Of a stretch of DNA of 62,374 nt, positions 10,650 to 20,016 are shown piece after piece; the stretch's first letter is position 1; each line of letters starts with the position of its first letter. Origin of the DNA: an uncultured Gammaproteobacteria bacterium (GTDB lineage: Bacteria > Patescibacteriota > Patescibacteriia > Patescibacteriales > UBA12465); NCBI GenBank assembly GCA_964588465.1, contig CAZPPL010000006.1:1-62374 (forward strand). The letters run 5' to 3'. A model generated the notes under the pieces. That model made no database searches. It saw only the letters and a list, made by a program, of their open reading frames with translations, and was not told where the DNA came from. The translations under genes and the position numbers were made by a program.

Positions 10650-10678
10650 AAAAAAAACCGCTCATAAGCGGTTTTTTT
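10650..10678. terminator. Bidirectional intrinsic terminator after the 16S rRNA, shared with convergent trpS
   Basis: A-run, AACCGCT-CATA-AGCGGTT hairpin, then a T7 run. No 23S, 5S or spacer tRNA follows. Confidence 0.75.
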
Positions 10679-10700
10679 AATAACCCAAATAATTCCTTAT

Positions 10701-11705
10701 CTATCTCACTCCAATTATTTTTCTAACTTTATCTAATTTCTTTTGAGCGATATCATTAGCTTTAATCCGTCCTTCTTCCAAAATTTGTTTTACCATGTTA
10801 TCCGATATATTATTATATTTTTCTTGAAAATTACTTAAAAACTTTATTACCACTTCTGCTAAATCTTTTTTGAACTCTCCATATCCTTTACCTCTATAAT
10901 CTTTGACTAATCGGGGTATTTCTCTATTACCTAAAATAGCATAAATCGTTAATAAATTAGATAAAGCAGGCTTAGTGGTTAAATTATAATCAATCTCTGT
11001 GCCTGAATCGGTTATTGCTCGCATAATTTTCTTTCTAGCTACTTCTAACTCATCTAACAACTTTATAGAATTATTCGGATTAATATCGCTTTTACTCATT
11101 TTCTTATTAGGATCAAGTAAAGACATAATTCGCGCTCCTTCTTTCCGAACAAGTGAATGAGGGGCTCTAAAAGTGTCTCCAAATTCAGTATTAAAGCGAC
11201 GAGCAATATCACGAGCCAATTCCACATGTTGTTGCTGATCATCTCCCACTGGAACAATTTCCGTATCATATAAAAGTATATCAGCAGCCATTAATACTGG
11301 ATAATCATATAAGCCCACACTAACTGCTTCTTGGTTATTTCCAGCCTTAATTTTAAACTGAGTCATTTTATTTAAATCAGCAATATAAGTACCATAACAA
11401 TTAAGAATCCAAGCTAATTCAGTATGAGCTGGAACTGCTGATTGTTGAAAAATAATTGATTTATGGGAATCAATTCCTGCCGCTAAATAAATTTTAGTAA
11501 TTTCTATAATACGTCGTCGTAATAAGTCTGGATCTTGTTTAACCGTAATAGCGTGATAGTCAACTATAGAAAATATACAATCATATTGTTTTTGGGCCTC
11601 TACCCATTGTGATATAGATCCAATATAAGTACCAATATTTAAATCACCACTTGGCTGTATTCCCGAAAATATTGTTAACTGTTCTTTTGTCTTTTCTTTA
11701 ATCAT
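10701..11705 (-). CDS. trpS: Tryptophan--tRNA ligase
   Basis: Class I aaRS motifs SGIQPSGDLNIGTYIG (HIGH-like) and KMSKSD, about 334 aa, TrpRS-like throughout. Confidence 0.93.
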   Translation of the reverse strand: MIKEKTKEQLTIFSGIQPSGDLNIGTYIGSISQWVEAQKQYDCIFSIVDYHAITVKQDPDLLRRRIIEITKIYLAAGIDSHKSIIFQQSAVPAHTELAWILNCYGTYIADLNKMTQFKIKAGNNQEAVSVGLYDYPVLMAADILLYDTEIVPVGDDQQQHVELARDIARRFNTEFGDTFRAPHSLVRKEGARIMSLLDPNKKMSKSDINPNNSIKLLDELEVARKKIMRAITDSGTEIDYNLTTKPALSNLLTIYAILGNREIPRLVKDYRGKGYGEFKKDLAEVVIKFLSNFQEKYNNISDNMVKQILEEGRIKANDIAQKKLDKVRKIIGVR

Positions 11706-11711
11706 AGAATA

Positions 11712-11972
11712 TTAGTCTTCAAAAATATCATATTGTTTCCCATCTTGCGACTTCACAACTGGCGAACAATATTTATCTCTTAATCTTTTTATCTCCGTTG
11801 GATCAACATTTTTAAAAATATTATCTGGTAAATTTTCTTTATCAGTGTTTTTCCTTTGAAAATATTGTTCAGGGGTAAATAAACGATTCGTGGAATGTGC
11901 TTTTTCTAAATTTGTTTGTTCGTTGTTTTTACTAACAACTGAATTAAAACGCTGATTAAGACTATCTTTCAT
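11712..11972 (-). CDS. Hypothetical small hydrophilic protein
   Basis: ORF with no recognisable motif. I prefer the ATG start (MKDSLNQRF...) over the TTG at 12053. It ends 6 nt before the trpS start, so it may be co-transcribed. Coding status is uncertain. Confidence 0.35.
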   Translation of the reverse strand: MKDSLNQRFNSVVSKNNEQTNLEKAHSTNRLFTPEQYFQRKNTDKENLPDNIFKNVDPTEIKRLRDKYCSPVVKSQDGKQYDIFED

Positions 11973-12357
11973 ATATTTATAATTAACTAAATTAAATTCT
12001 ATTAATATTTTACTAAAAATATTAATTAAAAGCAAAAGATAGCTAGATATCAAAAAAGTTATTCTTTATTCTTCGTATAATTATTGATTTCTTGAGATCT
12101 TTTTCCCCTCGAGAGATCAACAATAATAATATTATTTTCAGATAATTGAGGGGCTATTTTTACCACTTAATTAATAGTATGGAAATTTTATAAAATTAGA
12201 ATAATTTTTTTTAATACAAATAAACACCTAAAGATGGTAACCACTTCTTGTTCTGTTACGCTAACATATTTTATTCGTCCAGTATCTTGGTAATATTTAG
12301 ATATATCAAATATATTACTACCAGCTAAATTACAAATATTCTAAATAAATATCTATT

Positions 12358-12386
12358 TTGACAAAAGCTCTTATCCCCATTATAAT
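12358..12386 (+). promoter_or_regulatory. Perfect-consensus sigma70 promoter
   Basis: TTGACA (12358-12363), 17-nt spacer, TATAAT (12381-12386). Confidence 0.55.
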
Positions 12387-12412
12387 TATGTTTAGAAATC
12401 ATAAATATAGTT

Positions 12413-12441
12413 GAATTCTTCGTGAACGGCAGAATTTTTTT
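12413..12441 (+). terminator. Intrinsic terminator-like hairpin about 25 nt downstream of the 12358 promoter
   Basis: GAATTCT-T-CG-TGAA-CG-GC-AGAATTT followed by a T-run (12435-12441). Confidence 0.45.
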
Positions 12442-12550
12442 ATTACTATCGCTAGCTTTTAATAAAAAGGTCGAAGAAATAAAAAATAGAAAGATCTAAG
12501 CATTCTAGTTAACAAAAACTTCAAAAAATTGACTAAAATAAATATAAGAA

Positions 12551-12623
12551 GGGCTTGTAGCTCAACTGGTAGAGCACCGCATTCGCATTGCGGGGGTAAG
12601 GGGTCCGACTCCCCTCAAGTCCA
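12551..12623 (+). tRNA. tRNA-Ala (anticodon CGC)
   Basis: Acceptor GGGCTTG/CAAGTCC with G3:U70, anticodon loop TTCGCAT, T-arm AGGGG-TCCGACT-CCCCT. The T-loop has C where the conserved U55 is expected. No encoded CCA. Confidence 0.88.
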
Positions 12624-12732
12624 CTAAATACACTTGGCTTGTGTTATAATAATATCACGCAGATATCGGGTGCAAGCTGAATACGATTCTGGCTAACTCA
12701 ACTAAATATACTTAATTACGGTTTAAGCTATT

Positions 12733-14271
12733 ATGATTGATTTCAAACGAAAAATAGAAGAAGAAGATAGAATAAAACACGAAGAGGCTGTTAAACACAA
12801 CGGTGATAATTTATCCACAGCTCCAAAAAATAAATGGATTACTACTTATACTGTTGCCATTATAGTTCTGGCCCTAATATTTACTGGACGAATTCTCATG
12901 TCTAGTTTTGGAAATACCGATTGGATAGGCAGTAGGATTATTAATAATTTTAAACATTTAATACCTATTAATGGTAGAGTACTGGCAGGTGAAAAGAATG
13001 ATCGCATTAATATTCTACTCATGGGTATTGGTGGAAAGGGGCATGATGGTGCCTATTTGACTGATACTATAATGTTAGTTAGCTTTAAACCTTCCACTAG
13101 GCAAATAGCTTTAATTTCTATCCCTCGTGATTTAGTAACTCCAGTTAGCAACTGGGAAAAAATTAATAGTATTGATGCTTACGCTGAGAGTGAAAATCCA
13201 GGGAGTGGCGGACGAGTAACCGATCAAGCTATTAGTACTCTGCTACAAATTCCTATTCAATATTATGTGCGCTTAGACTTTCAAGGGTTTACTAATATTA
13301 TTAATGAATTAGGGGGTGTCACTGTCAACGTAAAAAATACCTTAGATGATTATAAATATCCTATTGCTGGCCAGGGAGACAATCCTAATTATTTCGCTCG
13401 CTATGAGCACCTACATATAAATGCTGGACCACAATTTATGAATGGATCTTTAGCCTTGAAATATGCTCGCAGTCGCCATGCTTTAGGTGTTGAGGGCTCG
13501 GACTTTGCTCGTGCTCGACGACAGCAATTAGTTATAGAAGCTATTAAGAACAAACTATTCTCTGCCCAGACTTTATTAAACCCAGTAATCATAACCCGAA
13601 TAATAAAAGAATTTAATAAGAATATTTCTACTAATTTAAACGTTTGGGAGATATTACGCATTTGGAATATGTTTAAGAGTGTCAAACATTCACAGATTAT
13701 TACTAAAGTTATAAGCAATGCTCCTAATAGTTTTCTAGTAGCTGGACAAGGACAAGACGGAGCTTATATTTTAACTCCTCGTTCAGGTAACTTTAACAAT
13801 ATAAGAAATTTTGTCAAAAATATCTTTTTATCAAACACTAAGCCATTTATCAGGGCCAATATTCCATCTATTAATGATAATGCTAGCGTGATAGTGCTAA
13901 ACGGAACCTGGATAGGAGGTTTAGCGGGCAAGAATGCCGTACTATTGGAGCAAGCAAAATTTAAAGTATTAAAAATAACCAACGCCCCCACTAGAGATTA
14001 TAAGCAAACTGTAGTATATGATTTAAGCCATGGAAGCCATGGAAAATCTCTAAAAGTTTTGCAGAAAATTACTGGTGCTTTTGAATCTTTCAAACGACCG
14101 AATTGGCTGATAAGCTATGAAACCAGTAGTTCCAGTAGTCCAACTAGCTCTTCAACTATCTATTCAAATACTAGCCCAAACCTTAATCCAATCAAATTTA
14201 ATATCGAAAATTCTACCACCAGCCCAAATTTTATAGTAATTTTAGGAACTGATGCCAATAGAATAAAATAA
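12733..14271 (+). CDS. LytR-CpsA-Psr (LCP) family cell-envelope phosphotransferase
   Basis: N-terminal TM, then RINILLMGIGGKGHDGAYLTDTIMLVSFKPSTRQIALISIPRDL, the LCP core. ARSRH motif and a C-terminal LytR_C-like domain plus a Ser-rich tail. Confidence 0.85.
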   Translation: MIDFKRKIEEEDRIKHEEAVKHNGDNLSTAPKNKWITTYTVAIIVLALIFTGRILMSSFGNTDWIGSRIINNFKHLIPINGRVLAGEKNDRINILLMGIGGKGHDGAYLTDTIMLVSFKPSTRQIALISIPRDLVTPVSNWEKINSIDAYAESENPGSGGRVTDQAISTLLQIPIQYYVRLDFQGFTNIINELGGVTVNVKNTLDDYKYPIAGQGDNPNYFARYEHLHINAGPQFMNGSLALKYARSRHALGVEGSDFARARRQQLVIEAIKNKLFSAQTLLNPVIITRIIKEFNKNISTNLNVWEILRIWNMFKSVKHSQIITKVISNAPNSFLVAGQGQDGAYILTPRSGNFNNIRNFVKNIFLSNTKPFIRANIPSINDNASVIVLNGTWIGGLAGKNAVLLEQAKFKVLKITNAPTRDYKQTVVYDLSHGSHGKSLKVLQKITGAFESFKRPNWLISYETSSSSSPTSSSTIYSNTSPNLNPIKFNIENSTTSPNFIVILGTDANRIK

Positions 14272-14275
14272 ATAT

Positions 14276-15691
14276 ATGGATAATATAAATAAGTCAAAAT
14301 TGCCATTGGTGGTAATCTGCGGGCGAACCAATGTAGGAAAGTCGTCTTTATTTAATTGCCTAAGCGAAAAAAGGCAAGCCTTAGTTTCTACTATCATGGG
14401 CACTACTAGAGACAGCAATGTAGGAAAGGTAGAATGGGGCGGTGGTGTTTTTAAGTTAGTGGATACTGCTGGAATAATTGATTCTAGAGCTTTAAACCCT
14501 AAAAAAATATTAACAAAAGACATTGATAGCCAGACCCAAGAACAAGCCCATTCCTATTTAAAACAAGCCAGCCTCATCTTATTCCTAGTAGATGCTAAAG
14601 CGGGATTATTACCAGAAGATAGAAAACTGGCCTCTGACTTAAAAAAAAATAAAAAGTATTTATCCAAAACTTTATTAGTAGCTAATAAAATTGATAATTT
14701 TAAACTAGCCTCTGAAGCCGCTCAATTCCATCGTCTAGGATTAGGAGAACCTTTAATTATTTCAGCAGCTAATGGCCTAGGAACTGGAGACTTATTAGAT
14801 ATAATTATGAGTAGAATAACCAAAATAAATAGTAAAATAAATATTTCAGACAAAGAACAAACGATCAATGCTTGTATTATTGGACAACCAAATGTGGGAA
14901 AATCTTCTCTACTAAATTCAATCTTAGGTTATAAGCGGGTAATAGTAAGTCCGATTCCTCACACTACGCGCGAACCTCAAGACACGGAAATCAGTTATCA
15001 AGATCAAAAAATTATATTAGTGGATACTGCTGGAATCACTAGACATAGACGGAGTTTAGTTGGACTAGAAAAATACGGAATTATGAAATCATTAAAATCT
15101 TTAGAAAAGGCTGATTTAGCTTTATTAATACTAGATATCAGCGTTCCTTTAACTCACCAAGACGCCAAATTAGTGCAAGAAATTGTAGATCGTAGAAAAA
15201 GTTTAATTTTTATCGCTAATAAATGGGACATAGTGGAAACTCGTAACACTAAAAAATGGACTGAAATAATATACGATAAATTTCCTTTTGCCACTTGGGC
15301 TCCAATTCAATTTATTTCTGCCAAAACTGGAGAAAAAGTAAAAAAAATTTTAGAATTAATTACTACGGTATCTGCTCAAAGAAAATTAGAATTAAGTGAC
15401 TCTCAATGTGAAAAATTTATGAAAGCCGTAATTAAAATCCATAAACCAGCCAAAGGTAAGGGAACCAAGGCTCCACATATATATGAGTTTAAACAAATAA
15501 AAAGCAATCCTCCTTTATTCGCTCTACGTATCGGTCCCAATGATGATTTACATTTTTCCTATGTTCGTTTTATGGAAAATCGCCTACGAGAACGTCACGG
15601 TTTTCTAGGTACTCCCATCCATATTAAAGTTAGTAAACATACAAAGTCACATACCACTTATAATCTATCACCAAAAATTGGTAATGACTAA
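14276..15691 (+). CDS. der: Ribosome-biogenesis GTPase Der (EngA)
   Basis: Two tandem G domains (GRTNVGKSSLFN...DTAG and GQPNVGKSSLLN...DTAG) plus a KH-like C-terminus. Confidence 0.93.
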   Translation: MDNINKSKLPLVVICGRTNVGKSSLFNCLSEKRQALVSTIMGTTRDSNVGKVEWGGGVFKLVDTAGIIDSRALNPKKILTKDIDSQTQEQAHSYLKQASLILFLVDAKAGLLPEDRKLASDLKKNKKYLSKTLLVANKIDNFKLASEAAQFHRLGLGEPLIISAANGLGTGDLLDIIMSRITKINSKINISDKEQTINACIIGQPNVGKSSLLNSILGYKRVIVSPIPHTTREPQDTEISYQDQKIILVDTAGITRHRRSLVGLEKYGIMKSLKSLEKADLALLILDISVPLTHQDAKLVQEIVDRRKSLIFIANKWDIVETRNTKKWTEIIYDKFPFATWAPIQFISAKTGEKVKKILELITTVSAQRKLELSDSQCEKFMKAVIKIHKPAKGKGTKAPHIYEFKQIKSNPPLFALRIGPNDDLHFSYVRFMENRLRERHGFLGTPIHIKVSKHTKSHTTYNLSPKIGND

Positions 15692-15708
15692 CTTAAATAA
15701 TAAGTTAT

Positions 15709-16257
15709 ATGAAAATTATAGTCGGCCTCGGTAATCCTGGGGCGCAATATAAAAATACACGCCATAATGTCGGCTACTTAGCTCTAGACCAATATTTAGG
15801 TGAAGTAAAATGGTCAAAAAATAATAAGTTTAAAGCTTTAACCTATAAAGATAGTGATTGCTTATTTGTCAAACCTTTAACCTTTATGAATAATTCTGGT
15901 CAAGCCATACAAACTATTTTAAATTATTATAAATTACTACCCAAAAAATTAGGTTTAATTATTAAAAAAAACCTCAACCTAGATAGCTCTCTTATAGTCA
16001 TACATGACGACTTAGACTTAAATTTCGGCGAGTATAAAATAGCCCGAAACTCGGGCAGTGCCGGACATCGTGGGGTCCAGTCTATTATAGATCAACTTAA
16101 AACTAAGGAATTCGTCCGCTTACGCATAGGTGTTGGAAATGAACTATTACATAAGCATATTTCACCAGATAAATTTGTACTCCAATCGTTTAGTCAAGAA
16201 GAACAAAAAAAATTAAAATCTTTACTGACTACAATAAACATAAAAGATCTAAAATAA
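15709..16257 (+). CDS. pth: Peptidyl-tRNA hydrolase
   Basis: KIIVGLGNPGAQYKNTRHNVG N-terminal signature, HDDLDL, GHRGVQS. Confidence 0.93.
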   Translation: MKIIVGLGNPGAQYKNTRHNVGYLALDQYLGEVKWSKNNKFKALTYKDSDCLFVKPLTFMNNSGQAIQTILNYYKLLPKKLGLIIKKNLNLDSSLIVIHDDLDLNFGEYKIARNSGSAGHRGVQSIIDQLKTKEFVRLRIGVGNELLHKHISPDKFVLQSFSQEEQKKLKSLLTTINIKDLK

Positions 16258-16307
16258 ACTTAAAATCCTTCTAAAAAATTTAGAAGGATTTTATTTTGTA
16301 TACTGTC

Positions 16308-17261
16308 ATGAATATTAAATATAATAAATTTGAATATCATTTAGGGTTCAGCTGTTTTAGTAAAATTGGTCCTAAAAACTTGAAAAAATTAGAATATTAT
16401 TTTCCTGATATAGCCGAAGCCTTTCAAGCTAAGAAGATTGATTTATTACAAGCTGGTCTTCCTATTAAATTAATTAATGAATTTATAGCTTGGCGACCAA
16501 GTTTTGACTTAGAAAACACCCTTAATAATTTAGAGAAAGAAAATATCAAATTTGTTACTTGGCATGATAAAGCTTATCCTAATATACTTCGTGAAATTTC
16601 CGCCCCACCAGCAATTTTATATTTTAAAGGATTATTATGTGAAAAAGAAAAAAAGCGTTTAGCAGTAATTGGCTCTAGAAAACATAGTCCTTACGCTAGG
16701 CAAATTATAGGAAGACTATTGCCAAAAATAATTAACAAAAATATAGAAATTGTTAGTGGCTTAGCTCTAGGAGTTGATTCGTTAGCTCATCAAATAGCTG
16801 TAAATCAGGGAAGATCTACTCTAGCGGTTTTGGGCTCTGGCTTAGAAACGAAGTATATTTATCCAGCTACTAATCGTCAATTAGCAAAAAATATAATTGA
16901 ATCAGGTGGAGTATTAATGTCCGAATTCTTTCCCAACACCCCTCCTTATAAACAAAACTTTCCTCGACGTAATCGCATTATTTCTGGTTTATCTCAAGCC
17001 GTATTAGTTATTGAAGCCCAAGCTCAATCTGGGTCTCTCATTACCGCTAATTATGCTCTAGAACAAAACAGAGAAGTGTTAGCAGTACCGGGTAGTATTT
17101 TTTCAAAATTTTCTATAGGCACTAACCAATTAATTGCTATGGGGGCTAAAACTATTACTAATTCAGAAGATATTTTAGAAATTTTTGAAACTAATAATAT
17201 TGCCCTCACTACCAGACAAATTAATGACAATAAAGCAAAACAGTTCCAACTTATCAAATAA
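16308..17261 (+). CDS. dprA: DNA processing protein DprA (Smf)
   Basis: Rossmann-like core AVIGSRKHSPYA...VSGLALGVDSLAHQ...AVLGSGL...FPRRNRIISGLS. Conserved dprA-topA adjacency. ATG at 16308 preferred over TTG at 16296. Confidence 0.9.
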   Translation: MNIKYNKFEYHLGFSCFSKIGPKNLKKLEYYFPDIAEAFQAKKIDLLQAGLPIKLINEFIAWRPSFDLENTLNNLEKENIKFVTWHDKAYPNILREISAPPAILYFKGLLCEKEKKRLAVIGSRKHSPYARQIIGRLLPKIINKNIEIVSGLALGVDSLAHQIAVNQGRSTLAVLGSGLETKYIYPATNRQLAKNIIESGGVLMSEFFPNTPPYKQNFPRRNRIISGLSQAVLVIEAQAQSGSLITANYALEQNREVLAVPGSIFSKFSIGTNQLIAMGAKTITNSEDILEIFETNNIALTTRQINDNKAKQFQLIK

Positions 17262-17397
17262 TCAAAAAATATTTTTAATAAAACAATTTTCTCAATGAAA
17301 CTTGACAGAGCAATAATAAATAGTACACTAAATATATTAGAGTTTAAAGATTACTTAATAAAAATTAATTCTTTTATTATTTAACAAATTATTTTTT

Positions 17398-19623
17398 ATG
17401 AATTTAATTATTGTTGAATCTCCAACCAAGGCTAAAACTATTAGTAAATTTCTAAATAAAAACTACCGAGTAGAATCATCTTTTGGCCATATCCGCGATT
17501 TACCTAAGAGTCAAATGGGTATTGATATTGAAAATAACTTTATTCCCGAATACATCATAACCCCCAAAGCTAAAAAGATTGTCTCTAATCTTAAAAAAGT
17601 GGCTAAAATGGCTAAAGAAATTATCTTAGCCTCTGATGAGGATAGGGAGGGAGAGGCAATTGCTTGGCATTTAGTACAAGCTTTAGGACTACAAAAAACT
17701 AAAACAAAAAGAATTGTCTTCCATGAAATAACCAAGAATGCTATTTTAGAAGCTTTAAAGAACCCCCGACACATTGATTTAAATATGGTTGATGCCCAAC
17801 AGGCCCGCCGTATATTAGATCGTCTAGTAGGTTATGAACTTTCACCCTTTTTATGGAAAAAAGTGACCCGAGGTTTGTCTGCAGGAAGGGTACAAAGTGT
17901 AGCAACCAAATTAATAGTAAACCGAGAACGAGAAATACAAGCTTTTAAGGTAGAAGAATATTGGAGCCTATCAGCAGATATCACCGGAGAAAAATTTCAT
18001 GATAAGTTTATCGCTGATTTATATAAAATTAGAGATAAAACTTTTAACAAATTATCTATTAAACAGGAGGAAGCTAAAGAATTAAAGAAACTATTAATAG
18101 AGGCTGATTATTCTGTAGATAAAATTAAGAAAAAAGAAATTCAAAAAAATCCTCTCGCTCCTTTTACCACTTCTACCCTGCAACAATCTGCTAATCGCCA
18201 ATTAGGATTTAGTGCTAAACAAACCATGATGTTAGCACAAAAATTATACGAACAGGGTTATATTACTTACATGCGTACTGATTCCTTAAACTTAGCTCCT
18301 AAATTCATTAAGGAAACTCAAGTTTGGTTAAAAAATAATTTAGGCCAAGAATATTTAACTACGGGAGGACGCTTTTTCAAAAATAAGAGTAAAAATGCTC
18401 AAGAAGCACATGAAGCAATTCGTCCTAGCGAAGTAAATACTAGCCCAGAGATATCTGCTGCTAAATTAGATAACAATCAAGAACGTTTATACCGCCTAAT
18501 CTGGCAACGGGCTGTAGCCAGTCAAATGCCTGCTGCTAAATTAGCCTCTACCATTATTGATGTTAAAGCTCTAGCTAAGGGGAAAACTTATATTTTTCGG
18601 GCTAACGGTCAAATCTTGGTTTTTGCTGGTTATTTAAAAATTTGGCCAGAAAAAACTAAAGAACAAGCATTACCCATTTTATTGGAAAATCAAAACTTAA
18701 TTTTATTAGAATTACGAGCGGATAAACATTCTACTAATCCGCCGGCTCGTTATTCTGACGCTGGGTTAGTTAAAGAATTGGAAAAACACGGGATTGGACG
18801 ACCTTCTACCTACGCCCCGACTATTAATACTATTATTACTCGTAATTATGTAGAACGTGATGAGAATAAAAAATTAAAACCCACCAGCATTGCCTTAGTA
18901 GTCACCGATCTATTAACTAAACATTTTTCTGATATAGTAGATTATGAATTTACCGCTAAAATGGAAAATAATTTAGACGACATTGCCACGGGTAAAAAGA
19001 AATGGCAACCAGTTATTGATAATTTTTATCAAAATTTTCATACTAATTTACAAACTAAATACAAAGAAGTTAAAAAAAATGATATTATGCCTGAAGAAAA
19101 ATCTAAAGAAATTTGTGATAAATGTGGAGCAGCTATGGTTATTAAAATGGGACGTTATGGTAAATTCTTAGCCTGTAGCGCATTCCCTGACTGTCGCAAT
19201 ATTAAAAAACTTGCTAATGAAAACGGAGAAAAGAAAGAGCCCGATGCTAAAACTTTAGAATTAGAAAAAAAATATTCTAAAGAAGTGTGCGATAAATGCG
19301 GAGCAGCTATGAAGGTCCGAACTGGTAAATATGGACCATTTTTAGCTTGTAGCGCTTATCCAAAATGTAAAAATATTAAAAATATTTCCTCTGATGAAGA
19401 AAAGGGCAAGAAAATTCCCTGCCCCTCGTGTGGCGACGGAAAAATCGTTAAAAAATTTAGTAAACGAGGTATTTTCTATGCTTGCAACAATTATCCTAAA
19501 TGCAAGAATGCCTATTGGGGAAAACCTACTGGAGAAAAATGCCCAGATTGTGGAGCTCTACTAGTGACTGACAAAAACGATGAAATAAAATGTAGTGATC
19601 GATCTTGCGGATATAAAAAATAA
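17398..19623 (+). CDS. topA: DNA topoisomerase I
   Basis: TOPRIM start MNLIIVESPTKAKTI, EGEAIAWH, active-site region GYITYMRTDS, and four C-terminal C4 zinc ribbons (CDKCGA...C..C repeats). Confidence 0.96.
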   Translation: MNLIIVESPTKAKTISKFLNKNYRVESSFGHIRDLPKSQMGIDIENNFIPEYIITPKAKKIVSNLKKVAKMAKEIILASDEDREGEAIAWHLVQALGLQKTKTKRIVFHEITKNAILEALKNPRHIDLNMVDAQQARRILDRLVGYELSPFLWKKVTRGLSAGRVQSVATKLIVNREREIQAFKVEEYWSLSADITGEKFHDKFIADLYKIRDKTFNKLSIKQEEAKELKKLLIEADYSVDKIKKKEIQKNPLAPFTTSTLQQSANRQLGFSAKQTMMLAQKLYEQGYITYMRTDSLNLAPKFIKETQVWLKNNLGQEYLTTGGRFFKNKSKNAQEAHEAIRPSEVNTSPEISAAKLDNNQERLYRLIWQRAVASQMPAAKLASTIIDVKALAKGKTYIFRANGQILVFAGYLKIWPEKTKEQALPILLENQNLILLELRADKHSTNPPARYSDAGLVKELEKHGIGRPSTYAPTINTIITRNYVERDENKKLKPTSIALVVTDLLTKHFSDIVDYEFTAKMENNLDDIATGKKKWQPVIDNFYQNFHTNLQTKYKEVKKNDIMPEEKSKEICDKCGAAMVIKMGRYGKFLACSAFPDCRNIKKLANENGEKKEPDAKTLELEKKYSKEVCDKCGAAMKVRTGKYGPFLACSAYPKCKNIKNISSDEEKGKKIPCPSCGDGKIVKKFSKRGIFYACNNYPKCKNAYWGKPTGEKCPDCGALLVTDKNDEIKCSDRSCGYKK

Positions 19624-19644
19624 ATTTCTTAAGCAAACTAAAAA

Positions 19645-19672
19645 AATAAACCAATAAACTGGTTTATTTTTT
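19645..19672. terminator. Bidirectional intrinsic terminator between topA and the convergent pheST operon
   Basis: AATAAACCA-ATAAAC-TGGTTTATT hairpin with a preceding A-run and a following T-run. Confidence 0.6.
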
Positions 19673-19696
19673 ATTATTCAAAATTATTTTATAAAA

Positions 19697-19999
19697 CTAT
19701 TTTTTACGAGCACGAGTTTTAGCCTTTTTACGCTCTCTTTTATCCTCCACAAAAGCTAAGGCTCTTTTGGCGATTTCTCCTAATATCATAAAATAAGCAG
19801 TACTATTTTTTAATTTATCACGAGCTATATCTATCAACTCCTCTGTTTTGGTAACACCCACTTCAATTCTTTTAATTAATTTATACACTTTGTGGGTACT
19901 AATTACTAAATAGTAAATAGCCCAGCAAAGAAAAAAGGTTAAAACAATTAAACAGGTGGCTAAAACAAAATTTAAAACATCATAGGAAGTAGCAAACAT
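19697..19999 (-). CDS. Small membrane protein (one N-terminal TM plus coiled/basic tail; DUF948-like)
   Basis: TM LNFVLATCLIVLTFFLCWAIYYLV, then a helical region and a KRERKKAKTRARKK tail. A TTG at 20020 would overlap the pheT stop by 4 nt (TTGA). An ATG alternative is at 19999. Confidence 0.45.
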   Translation of the reverse strand: MFATSYDVLNFVLATCLIVLTFFLCWAIYYLVISTHKVYKLIKRIEVGVTKTEELIDIARDKLKNSTAYFMILGEIAKRALAFVEDKRERKKAKTRARKK

Positions 20000-20016
20000 A
20001 TAATTAAAGTTAGATA

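Noticed and set aside
12225-12260. A T-box-like sequence (minus-strand AAGUGGUUACCAUC) upstream of trpS.
   Set aside because: It is only a loose match to the T-box consensus GGGUGGUACCGCG. It lies more than 500 nt upstream of the trpS start, with another ORF in between. I could not identify a specifier loop with UGG or an adjacent terminator/antiterminator.
12054-12357. A possible decayed pseudogene in the non-coding stretch upstream of the orphan promoter.
   Set aside because: I could not recognise any protein-like frame fragments by eye. Without a tblastx comparison against relatives there is no positive evidence, so it is not annotated.
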